Of a stretch of 64,000 nt of DNA, positions 52,801 through 64,000 are shown piece after piece. The notes below the pieces were generated by a model. It ran no database searches, was not told the origin of the DNA, and saw only the letters and a list, made by a program, of their open reading frames with translations. The stretch covers positions 6,131,806-6,195,805 of the forward strand of contig NW_003526943.1 of the NCBI RefSeq assembly GCF_000181795.1. The letters run 5' to 3'. How positions within the stretch are numbered: the first letter of the stretch is position 1; every line of letters starts with the position of its first letter. The position numbers and the translations under genes are program-made. The DNA is from Trichinella spiralis. Its lineage: Eukaryota.

Positions 52801-55800
52801 TATAAATGCCTATTATTATAGTTGCAAATAATTGTTTTTGTTGTCAGTAAAATTTTTAAAAAGAAGTTTGTAAAAATAAATTATTACCACCGTATAATTC
52901 AATAGTTTCATTTCATTTATTTTACAGTAATGAAAATTTCGAATTATTAAATTCAAAAATGCAAATAATAAATATTTGAAGGGTATATTTAAAGGAAAAA
53001 TTTCTTAATAAAATCCAAAAGTTCTTATAAATGTGCACTGCTAATTTTAGCACTGCTAGAAATGATTCTCTTTATTAAATATATATTTTATTCATTTCCG
53101 CAATGCAGTTCACATATCTTCATATTTACAAATTGCAGAGCTAGAAAATTAAAGAAATGAGTTGCAGACTCTTTTGAATAATAAAACTACATATGCAAGC
53201 AAAAAAATCTTTAAGTTTTTCTTTTTTTATAATGCAAAAAATTACTGAACTAAAATCTTCTTTTTAGTTGGCTCTGTGGTTATTATATTGGAATATTTTA
53301 TTTCGGCTGTAGAATACGCAACTGATTGTATGCGTTGTGTTGTATAATAAATTTTTCTCTACATCTAATAGTGGCGCTTCCACTGTTTTCACTTTTCAGC
53401 TGTATATACACTGTAATTTATACTATTGGATAAAAATAGTAAAAGTTCCAATAAATTTCAGTAAAATTGGCATTGCCGTTGTTGATCAGTTTACTTGTCA
53501 ATTCTATTATTATCACGCTCATAGCTGCCGAAATATCAAAAGTTTATTTTATTATTATTGTCCAACTCTGATTTCGTTTATTTTTAAAATAAAATATTTT
53601 TTAAGCAATTTGATTTTTGATGTTATTTCTTGAAAATACCATGCATCACGTATAAATTTTCCTGTAGCATTACTTAACATATTAATATTCTACTCCCTGT
53701 ACAGGAATTTGTATTCTTGCACAGTAAGTAGATGTGAGATGAAAATTTTTTTCTTATCAGTTCAAATTTTGAAATGCGGTCCTATTATTGATTTAAAGGC
53801 AATTTCTTGACGTAACAGATGACTGGAATGAATTTTTAAAATTGAATTTGCTTCATCTCTACTTGAATTATTAAATAAGTTTAAATAATTTTAAAGTTTT
53901 TGAAACAAAACTCGAATAAATCATAAATTTATAAATTTAGTTAAATATTTCACAATCCGTTTATTTTTAAGGAAATAATTGAATTATAAAAATTATTCCT
54001 TTCATCTGATGTTGTTAGTTAAAGAAAATGTTTGAATTTAAATTTTGCAAAAAAAGTACAATGATCTGTTAAATTTAAATATGAAATCAGTTATGCTATG
54101 TATATCAGTGCTCATTGAATAATTGAATGTGAATAAAATTTATATTTAATGCTATCCATAAATGTATGAATATACTCTTTTAAACGCTTCGACATTTACA
54201 GCGTAAAATCAACTGCAGTTATACTATTTGACATTTAAAACAACATTTATTCTTTAGTATAAATACTTACGTTTTTAAGTAAAATGCATGAAGAAATTAT
54301 TACGATTTGTCAAAATATGATTATGATTATTTTCTATGTAGACTAATGATGCTGATTTATTAATGATTTTTATAAAGACTGTTTTGTGCTTCTGTCGCAC
54401 TGAAAACACAAAGCCCTGTTTTAAGCTTGTTGAAATATTTTAAAATAGATTTACAGTGATTGAATTTTATTTTAAACTGTAAAGTGCTGCATGAAATTTG
54501 AATAATGAATTTTACATTGCTCAAACTTTAATGTTAATTTTATTAATTTCAGGAAAATATTTTTTATGAACTTTGTCAGAATAATATTTTGCATCGATAT
54601 AAAGATTTGTTTCAAAAGTTATTTTTCAAAAAATAGAGTTATGTTATTTGAGATCGAAATTTTGGCATAAGCAGAGATGCTGATGAAAAGTTGCAAGCAA
54701 TAGGTTAGAACTTTGCCCAAGAGCAATTTCAGATCCAATATTCCATGGAAAGATTTTATTGAGTAAGAGCACTTTGATTGCATTTTCTGCAATCAAAATG
54801 TCACGCTGCACGTGGCATTTATTTATTTCAAGCGTACAACTTCTCAGCTTTTCAGTTCATTGAAATAAATCAATCTTTTTTTACTTTGAATTACTCCAGA
54901 CTTCATTAAAAACTTAAGTCAATTTACAGACTTTCAACGTTGTCAAAATCTGCTGAATTTGAATCACCGCACAGCACAGTGAGGATTTCAACTACTGCTT
55001 ATGATTTAGGAATATAAATCAAAATATTTTATGCAAATTAGCATCATTTGTTCTTTTTTTTTCTTCTTTTGAATTACACAAGCAGCCTCAAATAATGCAC
55101 TGTTAATAATGCATTTCCAACCGTCAGTTGATAAATTATGTATTAACTTCGAACTTGCAATTATTTGCTTTTCAAAAGTGAAAAAGCTCAATCTTAAGAG
55201 CATCTTTTTTCCTAAAAAAATTCAACTAATACTAATACAATTTTGCGTGATTTTTCTTTTTTCACATGATGCATCCATTTATTTGAAATTATTATTTTCC
55301 ATTATAACTGACTAAGAGGACTGACTAATTGAACAAGAAATGAAAATCTTTAATATTCACAATTTTAGTGTAAAGTGAAATTAAATGCACATAACTGACA
55401 TAGCAGTTGCATATAAAATGGACATTCTTCTCAATCCTGGTACAACATAGATCTTTCATTTCAACGAAAAATGCATCTTTGCAGCTTTGGAAAGCTACAG
55501 TCTCTTGAACAGAAAAGTAAAATAAAAAGTAGTTGTACCTCATTTTTTTATACTGATAACTTCTTTATTTTTTGCTTCATGATAAAAAACTATTTGACTT
55601 TTTCTTCATATTATACTATTTTACGTTAATTTTATGCGTTGATGCTCATTGAAATGCCTCAGTTTTAAATAAAACAGCATTTTAATGTTCATTTCAAATG
55701 TGTCAATAAATAAAACTTGCAATTTATTAAAAACCAACTCACACAACTGAACGCTTTTCATGATCATGTTTAATCATGTGTTATTTTGAAAATTTTATTA

Positions 55801-57739
55801 TACAATTCATGAAAAATGCAAAAAATTATCACTTTTGCTTCATTTTTGAGGTTAATTTACTGCCTTTTTTCATTTGATGCCTCTAAAAATGATAATATAT
55901 ATTCTTTATGAAATAAATTTTTATCCGTGCTTTTATAAATAATAAAATAATGAATTTTATGATTAATGTGATGAATAATTTACATTGCATTTTCTGCTAT
56001 AAAGTATTGGTGTACCCAAAGCATTACATTTATTATAACTTATATCATTTTATTTAAATATTTAATTCAAATAAATGTCAAACATAAAGTAACTTATTAA
56101 TTTTTAACAATGTTTAATTTCAATTTTATTTTAATTAAAATAACATCAAGAAAAATAAAATACATGCCTCTCTGCAGTGCAGAACTTGATGCATTTTTTC
56201 ATGGAATTGGGATGCAAATCATGCTCTTTCACAGCATTGAAGCATTTCTGATAACAAAAATATTCCTGAAGATAAAGCACTTCATCTGGAGCCTAAAATA
56301 TTAATAAATTTAAAGTAAATCAACTTTTTAAAAACCGTCATTTGCATGCATTAAAAATAGCCCTTTACATGTGCATGAATAGCTTTTAACGCGTAAGTAA
56401 AACTGAAATAAACAAAATAAATTATTTTAGAATGCAGTTCATCATATAAACCACACGTGAACTTGCTGCTTTATTAATTAAAATAAAAATAATGAAAACA
56501 TATTGTTTAAAATTACTTTTTCCCAAATGCATTTTCTTTTACAAGCAAGATCTGAAATGGAGTCTTGACATTGCGTAGTGCATAATTCAGTTGCTTCAAA
56601 TATATTTTCAATCTAGAAAACAGTGCAGCACTTATATGTAAATAAATTTTATAACATATTTTTAAGCAAAGAAAATAATAATTAAAAGACGTAAATAATA
56701 TAAAAAATATTTACTAATAACAGTTTTCAAGTTATTATTCATAATGCGTGTACAATAATAAATTTGCCGTACTGTTCGAATTCATATATATTATAATATT
56801 TTATGTAAAATTTACATGTGCTTTTATTCAGTGTAAATAGAAGATTTTTTTTTTAAGTGCTTTTTCTTCTTTTATTCTCAACGTGATACTTACAAAGTTG
56901 TCAATCAGAGATGCATGCAGCAAAATAAGAATGTTAAAGAACAGGAAAAATTTTATCAGCATGATTTTTGCATCTGTGACATCTTGCTACTGCAATTGAA
57001 ATTGCTTTTATACTATATTAAAAGCGAAATTAAAATGTTAATAATGTTTATTTATCATTTTGTAAACTTAAATTTTGTCCGTTTCTGAGAACATGGAAAG
57101 GAAAATTTTTTCCAACTGGAAAGCTAACACAATTATAACATTCAATTTTAGCAACATGCTTTGAAAAATAAATATTAAAAACTGTAATTTCAACAAGGTG
57201 AATCGTCATTATTATTAAAGAGACATTTTAAATTCGCGAAACATCGCTTTTGCTTAAAAAATGAAATTTTAAGTGTTTACACATTGTCGTCTTAAGCAAA
57301 TTTATAAATATAATTTGTACTTTCTTTTCTGAGTATTATGATAATGCAGCTGCGCACACTTAACTTCTAAGACTTGGATATAAGCTCCAGTCCTATTTTT
57401 ATTAATGATTAATTCATTGTTTTGTTTATAACTATACTTTCATATTTTTTTTATTATCTCTGACTATTGCATTTGCATTAACACAATCTGCATTAGAATA
57501 TTTGATTTATTTTGCTTTACCTTTATGTTTATCGTCGTTTATGTTAATTTGAATATTCTAATTCTCATATTCTAATAATTGGAAAAAAGTAAAATGATTA
57601 TGATTGACATGAAAGCTTTGTTACACGTATTAATTACTGACAGCATAAATTCAACAACAGATTTTCGTTTTTGCATGATTTTCATTTACTTTTGTGTTAT
57701 TTTTCATAATTATACCTTGAATATTATCAATAATTCATC

Positions 57740-58200
57740 AAATTTGAAACTTTTTCAAATCATCTCCGACTCAATTAACAAAATAAAGCAACCAGTTGCG
57801 ATATCTAAAACATTATAATTTTTCTGTCATGTCACTTCCACCACTTTATCTCTAGTGGTGATCACTGCCATTGCATGAGTAGATGGCATCGCTTTATTTT
57901 CCATATGTCATGGCATTATAACAACTAATTTGCTTGATTTTTCTACAGTTGATTTGTTTGATATATTACTGGTGCATTATTCAGTGCTTCGACTAATGAA
58001 AAATGGCGAAATACAGATGTTGCTGTTTATTTGCTTCATTAGAACTTGTATCAAATGAGTTAATGCAGATTGTTACGAGGTAATAAAGTAAGTTTGAGTT
58101 ATTGCAAAATTGTTTATACAGTACATTAAACTTGAACATCATAATACAGTGTTTATTTGCAACACATTGTTTTGCATAGAGAAAAATCAAATAATAATTT
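57740..58200 (-). pseudogene. Highly decayed piggyBac-like transposase core
   Basis: Minus-strand fragments in the expected order: VLYKQFCNNSNLLYYLVTICINSFDT (cf. LYxDNFYTS...L...I.A.GT), SCYNAM (cf. YN..M), IKWWK...LDIAT (cf. KWxK...LDIA), broken by stops and frameshifts. Confidence 0.4.
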
Positions 58201-59044
58201 ACTGATGACTGTAATCGTGCACATATGGCCATCAACCAAATTTCAATTACTTCTCACCAAAATTCACAATATTAAATTCAAAAAACTCACCATGTATGCT
58301 CAACAATGTCTGAGAATTATTTCTACACAGCAGCTAATAATTCTGTCGGATGTTTTCACTTATTTATTCACTGAATGTTGTTGTAACTTTACCTTTAACT
58401 TCATTAAATCATATTTCTATCAACAGATAAATGAAAGCATATTGTCGAACAACCAAAAACAGTGACACTGCAACTGCATCAATTAAAACAACTTATTCAA
58501 ATTCGTGTACCAAAAATAGCATTGTGTATCATGAAAAAAGAAATCTAACTTACAATAACAGCAGCAGCATCTTGGACATGTTGCTCAAAAAATATCTCAA
58601 TTATACAAGAGAGATGGAATTTCACATTTCATTTGTACAAACAATGCTTGAAATGAATAATCTGTTGACAATTTTTCAAATGGATTGCAACACTGTAAGA
58701 AATGAAAATTTTGCAACTTTTAAGTCCATTTTTCAAATCATAAAAATAGTAATTTTTTATATTTATTTTACTATCTGAAAAGATGCATCACTAAACTATT
58801 TCGACTTCTCACTTTTCACAGGCATTACACGCAAGAAAATGTTAAAACAAAATAATGCACACAAATACAACCAAATCTGAAGCAACACGCAAATAAGAAA
58901 AAAAAGAATATTCGAAACATCACCGTTGTTTAACATAGCATATTTAAAAGCGATCCCACAAAGGAACAAATGTTTCTTGCATAAAAAAATATGAATAAAT
59001 AAATAAACAAATACATGAATATGAACATGAACAAAAAAGAGGGA

Positions 59045-61743
59045 TTAAACCAAAGCATTCATCGAATTTTTGAAATACTGAACAATATGAGACAGCATTT
59101 CGGGTGATTTGCCGTCGATAAAAATAAATTCCATTTCCAAGCCGGCCACCATTTCTTTCACCAGTACTTCGAATTTTATCACCGCAAAGCTGGGCTGGGA
59201 TTTTTCTGTCTGAACGAATTTGTCAATGCCAGTCGAACTGCTGCTCTGCTTCTGTTCATTTTGCATAATTTGCAAACTCTGCCCATCACTATTAAAATTC
59301 TGCTCTTCATCGCTGAACAATTCGACCATTGTTGTACAATTAACACCAACATCATGAGTAACACAATGGCCTGCTATTAAGTATGCATTTATTAGACAAC
59401 ATTACATTATAATTTGCATATTTCTCAATTTTCATTCAGATGTATAATAAATTTTCAATTTCACAACAAAATATACTTCCACTACAGGCAAAATATAAAA
59501 AATCAAGCAATAATTATTACATTTATTGACTGCAATAAATTATTAAAATTAATCAAATATTCTTACTTTTTCTCGACATTTTATTATCCGCTTCACCCTC
59601 TGCATGCCTCAGTGCTCGACGCTTTCGTCGAGAATGACTCCAAGTGTTATTATACGCTTCCACAACAAAACGTACAGAACTGCCCACATTGAAAACTGGA
59701 TCGTGTCTTTTATAAAACATCTGAAATATCAAAAAATTAAATATTATCACTACCCATTAATTACCATATAGTATATTTTCAAATCAATCATACATTTCAA
59801 AATCGTCTTTCATCAGTAAAAACGCAATCAACAACCTTTATTATAATTAATGGATTCTTTACGCTTGGTTTTATTATAAATTAAATGATTCATTAAATGA
59901 ACAAAAAATTTTTAATGAATTTCAATACCTGAACTTCAAAATTGATGAAACTTTAAATAAATTCAAAATAACTGAAACTGAAAACAGAAATCTCAGTGCA
60001 ATCGAACATATCATTTTACTAAAATTGCACTGCAAAATAAAATTTATATACAAAACTTCCACCTGAAAATTATGTAGAAATGTGAAATTCAAATCAAAAT
60101 TTTTCAAGTAAAAAAAGAGTTCTTACGCTTAAATTTTCAAACACACTTTCTAACCAAGCAGCAGTACATTCCACCGAATTGTGAAAACTGACTGATTTTG
60201 GAATTTGAAGTAACACAGGTTCTTTCATTTTTTCCAATTTTCTATCATTCTTAAAGCAATAAACAACACTAGCAAAAATAAATTCATCGTCGTCTTTGCA
60301 CAAACACATTTGCATAATGGATAAAATCTACTGCCAGCTTTTATTATTAATTTTTGTTATTACTTGCAAATGAATAGTTTCATCAAATGTCCACGCTACA
60401 GCCCAGCGTTGTGTTTTCCCTTGGCAAAAGACAGTTTCGCACATACTAGTCACCTGTAAATAATTTTAAAAAAATAGAATAAAATATAAATAATTTAAGT
60501 AAACAAAATTGTACGTTAATATTTCGCAGCATTGATTTCACTATCGACAAACTTCTCTTCTTTCCAAGCATTGTTGTGTAGATTCCAAAAACAAACAAAC
60601 AAAACGTAATATGATTATGTTTTGCAAAATGTATAATAATAAAAAAATTTTTATGATACCGAACTCTTTTCCTTAAACGCTCGCTATCATTAATAATGCG
60701 TTTGACAAAATGAACCTCGCCACCGTCAGCAAACATTTCTTCATGCCTTCCGACCGTGCATGAATGAGGAGCCGGTCGACGAGACGGAGAACTCAAATTG
60801 CCGGGACCTTCCTTACGTTGACTATCGAAAAAAGGTGGATTACACATGCAAAAACTGCATATCATTTCGGCCCCCAACTGTTCCACGACATTATACAAAT
60901 TAATTGGTCCATCAACTTCAACAACTAAAAATATTAATAAAATAAACCTTTCGTCAGTGATTTACTTACAATTTAAACGTTTCAAGTCACGCAGTTCCAT
61001 AAGTTACTACTACTACTACTAATAATAATAATAATCATAATCATATACCACTTATTAAATTTTGAAGATTATTTTTCATCACATTTTTTCTGGCGCATTC
61101 TATAGCATCAGGGAGTTTTTCGACAGCTATAAATTTCCAGCCGCATACCTTTGCACCTAATAATGGATAAATGCACGATGCACCAGAACCTAAAAATAGC
61201 TTATAAAATAATGTACCACCCGTGGCAAACATTAACCATACCAATATCAATACATCGCACAGACTCATCGGGAAAATGAGAAGCAGCCAAATCCTGAAGC
61301 CAGTGAATATAATTCAAGCGACCAGGGATTCTTGGAACTAATGAATCTGGTGGAATTTCAATTGAAAGACCAAAGTCCTTTTTGAGAAGCACATTTGTCA
61401 ATGCACGAATAGCATCGGGATTTTTGAAATTAAAGTTAACCTTAAAATGACTCATTTTTCATGGGAAAAATAATTTCACATTTACTTCACATATTTCTAA
61501 GCAGTAAATTATTCACTGAGCAGGATATCGTTTTCATTAAAAAATATCTTTTTATCAAAATAAACAAAACTTGATTATCTACCGATTATATATAAATAAC
61601 AACGAAGATTGTCACCTCACCTTACCATAGATGTCAATTGCACAGTGCTGACGAAAATCCGGATATTGTAGAGCTAATTCAGCAAAATTTGGAGGATTAT
61701 TTCGATAAAAGTTACGAGGATGCATGCGCCTGTTGAAATTCAT
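59045..61743 (-). CDS. METTL16: U6 snRNA / SAM-synthetase pre-mRNA m6A methyltransferase METTL16 (mett-10), multi-exon
   Basis: MHPRNFY, LLKKDFGL..LVPRIPGRLNYIHW, IDIG/SGASCIYPLLG, MCNPPFF, GGEVHFV, YTTMLGKK, FCQGKTQRWAVAW, terminal SHIVQYFKN. Confidence 0.95.
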
Positions 61744-62769
61744 TTTGTTCACGCCAAAGATTTTCCTGAAACACGTAACGGATTGAAATTATTAATTATT
61801 AATAATTACGGAATTTAAAACGTAAAGCTTAAAAGTACAGAAATAAATAAAATCAAAAGACATTCACTGCAATAGATTATTTGCAGAAGAAAACATTACA
61901 TGCTATTGAGTAACTTAACACTCTTATGCATTGTGTAACGAAAATAATGTTGACGATTGAAACCTAAAATTAAATTTAAAACATACTCAAAAGATTATGA
62001 GGAGATTCAAAAGCAACTCATTAAAAACAATATTCCTAATTATTATATCATAAATTACTAAATAAAACAAAAATTACCAACTTTTACAGTAAGGTATGTT
62101 AACGAAAGCGTAATTTACAGTACACTTGAAATCCAAATGAAAAGTTTCAGAAATTGAAAAAGTAAGAAATTAAAATTTTACAGTTTTAAGTTAGCAGCAT
62201 ATCTGTTACGTACGAGTTAATATATAATCAATAGCATATCCACTCAAAAATATTTGAGTTAGCAGATATTTTTGTTAAAGTAGCAAATTTTGTTTAAAAC
62301 ATTCATGAAATAAAAGATTTATAAACTAAAATAAAATTTTTTATTTATCATAATAATTTTAAAATTAAATTCACTATTTTTACTTGATATGCCATGATGA
62401 ATCGAATTTTATGAATTTAAAATCCTCATTATCACATACTGTAATGAAGCAATTTGGTGGACGTTGGCAATAATACGATTGTTTGTAGTTGTCTATTATT
62501 ATTTTTTTTATATTGAGGTAAGATTTATAGGTATAAAATCTTAATTCTAAAGATTTTATTATATATGCTATTATTTTTTTCAGTCTTTGGTTAATTGAAA
62601 TATTGCTTGACATTGTCTTTTACAGTTTTTTGCTTATTTAATTGAAATCTGTGATTTAAAATGAACTGTTTTTTAATTCATTACTTTTTTATCTGAAATT
62701 TTATGGATTAAGAAAGTCATTTTATTTTTTCATATAAAATTATTTGTTTTTTATGAAGATTTTTCAGAC

Positions 62770-64000
62770 ATGCCGTCAGATGCTCGTAAACGAAGAGATG
62801 CGAAGAAAAAGGAACTCGCGAAGCAACGTATGGCAATGCCCAAAGGAAATCGCACCGCAGCATCAAAAGAAACAGCATCTAATGAAAATCAGCAGTCAGC
62901 TTTAGTTGGCGAAAGTAATTAATTAAACAATTTGTATGAATTTCAATAATTGTATGATTATATTAGGTAACAAGGAATTTGATGAATTGACCGAACAATT
63001 AAAAGCAATAGAATTGGAAAATGCTAAAGCTCGTTCCATCACTGGTGTGCTTTCTTCACACGAGCAATCTAGAGATATAAAGATTGAAAGCATAACGTTG
63101 ACTTATTATGGTGTAGAAATGCTAAGCGATACTCGTCTAGAACTGAATTGGAGCAGACGATATGGATTGATAGGTTTAAATGGATGCGGTGAGTATGAAA
63201 CTTGTGTTTAATCTATGTCAAGAACATATTTGTAATGTTTTATTCAGAAATAAAGTAATCAAAATGTGTATGAAAATTATTTTAATCCTATTAGAAAATT
63301 AGAAACTTTATAAAAAATTAATTTGTTGTTTATTATTTATTCGTTTCAGGAAAGTCAACTTTTTTGAATTGTATTGCTAGTAGAGAATTGCCAGTACCAC
63401 CTACGATGGATGTCTACTTACTGTCTCATGAAATGCCAGCAAGCGAAAAAACTGCTTTGCAAGCAGTGATAGATGTAGATGAAGAACGTATTCGTTTGGA
63501 AAAGGAAGCTGAAGAACTAGCTCATTCTGATGATGTTGGTAATGTATTTAAAAAGTAAAAGATGGTGATGAATGAAATATGTTTTTCTTACAGAATCTCA
63601 CGATAAATTAATGGACATTTATGACCGCTTGGATGATATTTCTGCTGATACTGCTGAAACTCGAGCAGCTGAAATTTTGCATGGTCTTGGCTTTACACCT
63701 GAGATGATGAATAAGCAGTGTAAGCATTTTTCCGGTAAGCATTTGTCTTTTCACTTGTTTAATCATTACGATTATAATTTGATAATGAATGAAAGTTCAA
63801 TCTGTTTTATAAGTACAGGTGGATGGAGAATGCGAATTTCTCTTGCCCGTGCTTTGTATTTGAAACCGTGTATTCTTCTTCTTGACGAACCAACGAATCA
63901 TCTTGATTTGGATGCATGTGTATGGCTAGAGGAGGAACTCAAACAGTAACTATTAATTATTAATGTACCCATTTTCATTTTATAGAAAAGCTTTTCTATG
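62770..64000 (+). CDS. ABCF2: ABC-F family ATPase ABCF2, 5' part, truncated by the window end
   Basis: [38 protein letters not shown] Walker [28 protein letters not shown]. Confidence 0.95.

Noticed and set aside
53337..56304. Several 60-100 aa ORFs
   Set aside because: F/I/K/L/N-rich translations expected by chance in AT-rich DNA, with no coherent splice chain.

Overview
AT-rich eukaryotic DNA with short GT-AG introns. Gene content, intron style and TTTCAG acceptors suggest a nematode, probably clade I (Trichinella-like); this is inference, not a database result. Twelve spliced genes can be reconstructed: a 7TM chemoreceptor-like gene, TOM40, a ~1417-aa cellular RNA-dependent RNA polymerase, three paralogous Cys-rich single-pass membrane proteins, MOCS2B, ATP synthase OSCP, an unassigned ~300-aa protein, DNAJB6-like, ANKFN1/wide-awake-like and METTL16/mett-10. 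The 5' part of ABCF2 runs off the window end. Intergenic DNA holds a MULE-type MITE with a perfect 9-bp TSD, a long-TIR element carrying a piggyBac Cys-rich domain, a truncated BEL/Pao LTR retrotransposon and other decayed TE pieces. The most notable observations are the unrecognised 10-Cys membrane-protein trio beside the RdRP, a METTL16 intron with no AG acceptor (GT...GG, 75 nt, in frame), a GC-AG intron in MOCS2B, and CpG-type transitions in the BEL primer-binding site. Exon boundaries were read by eye.
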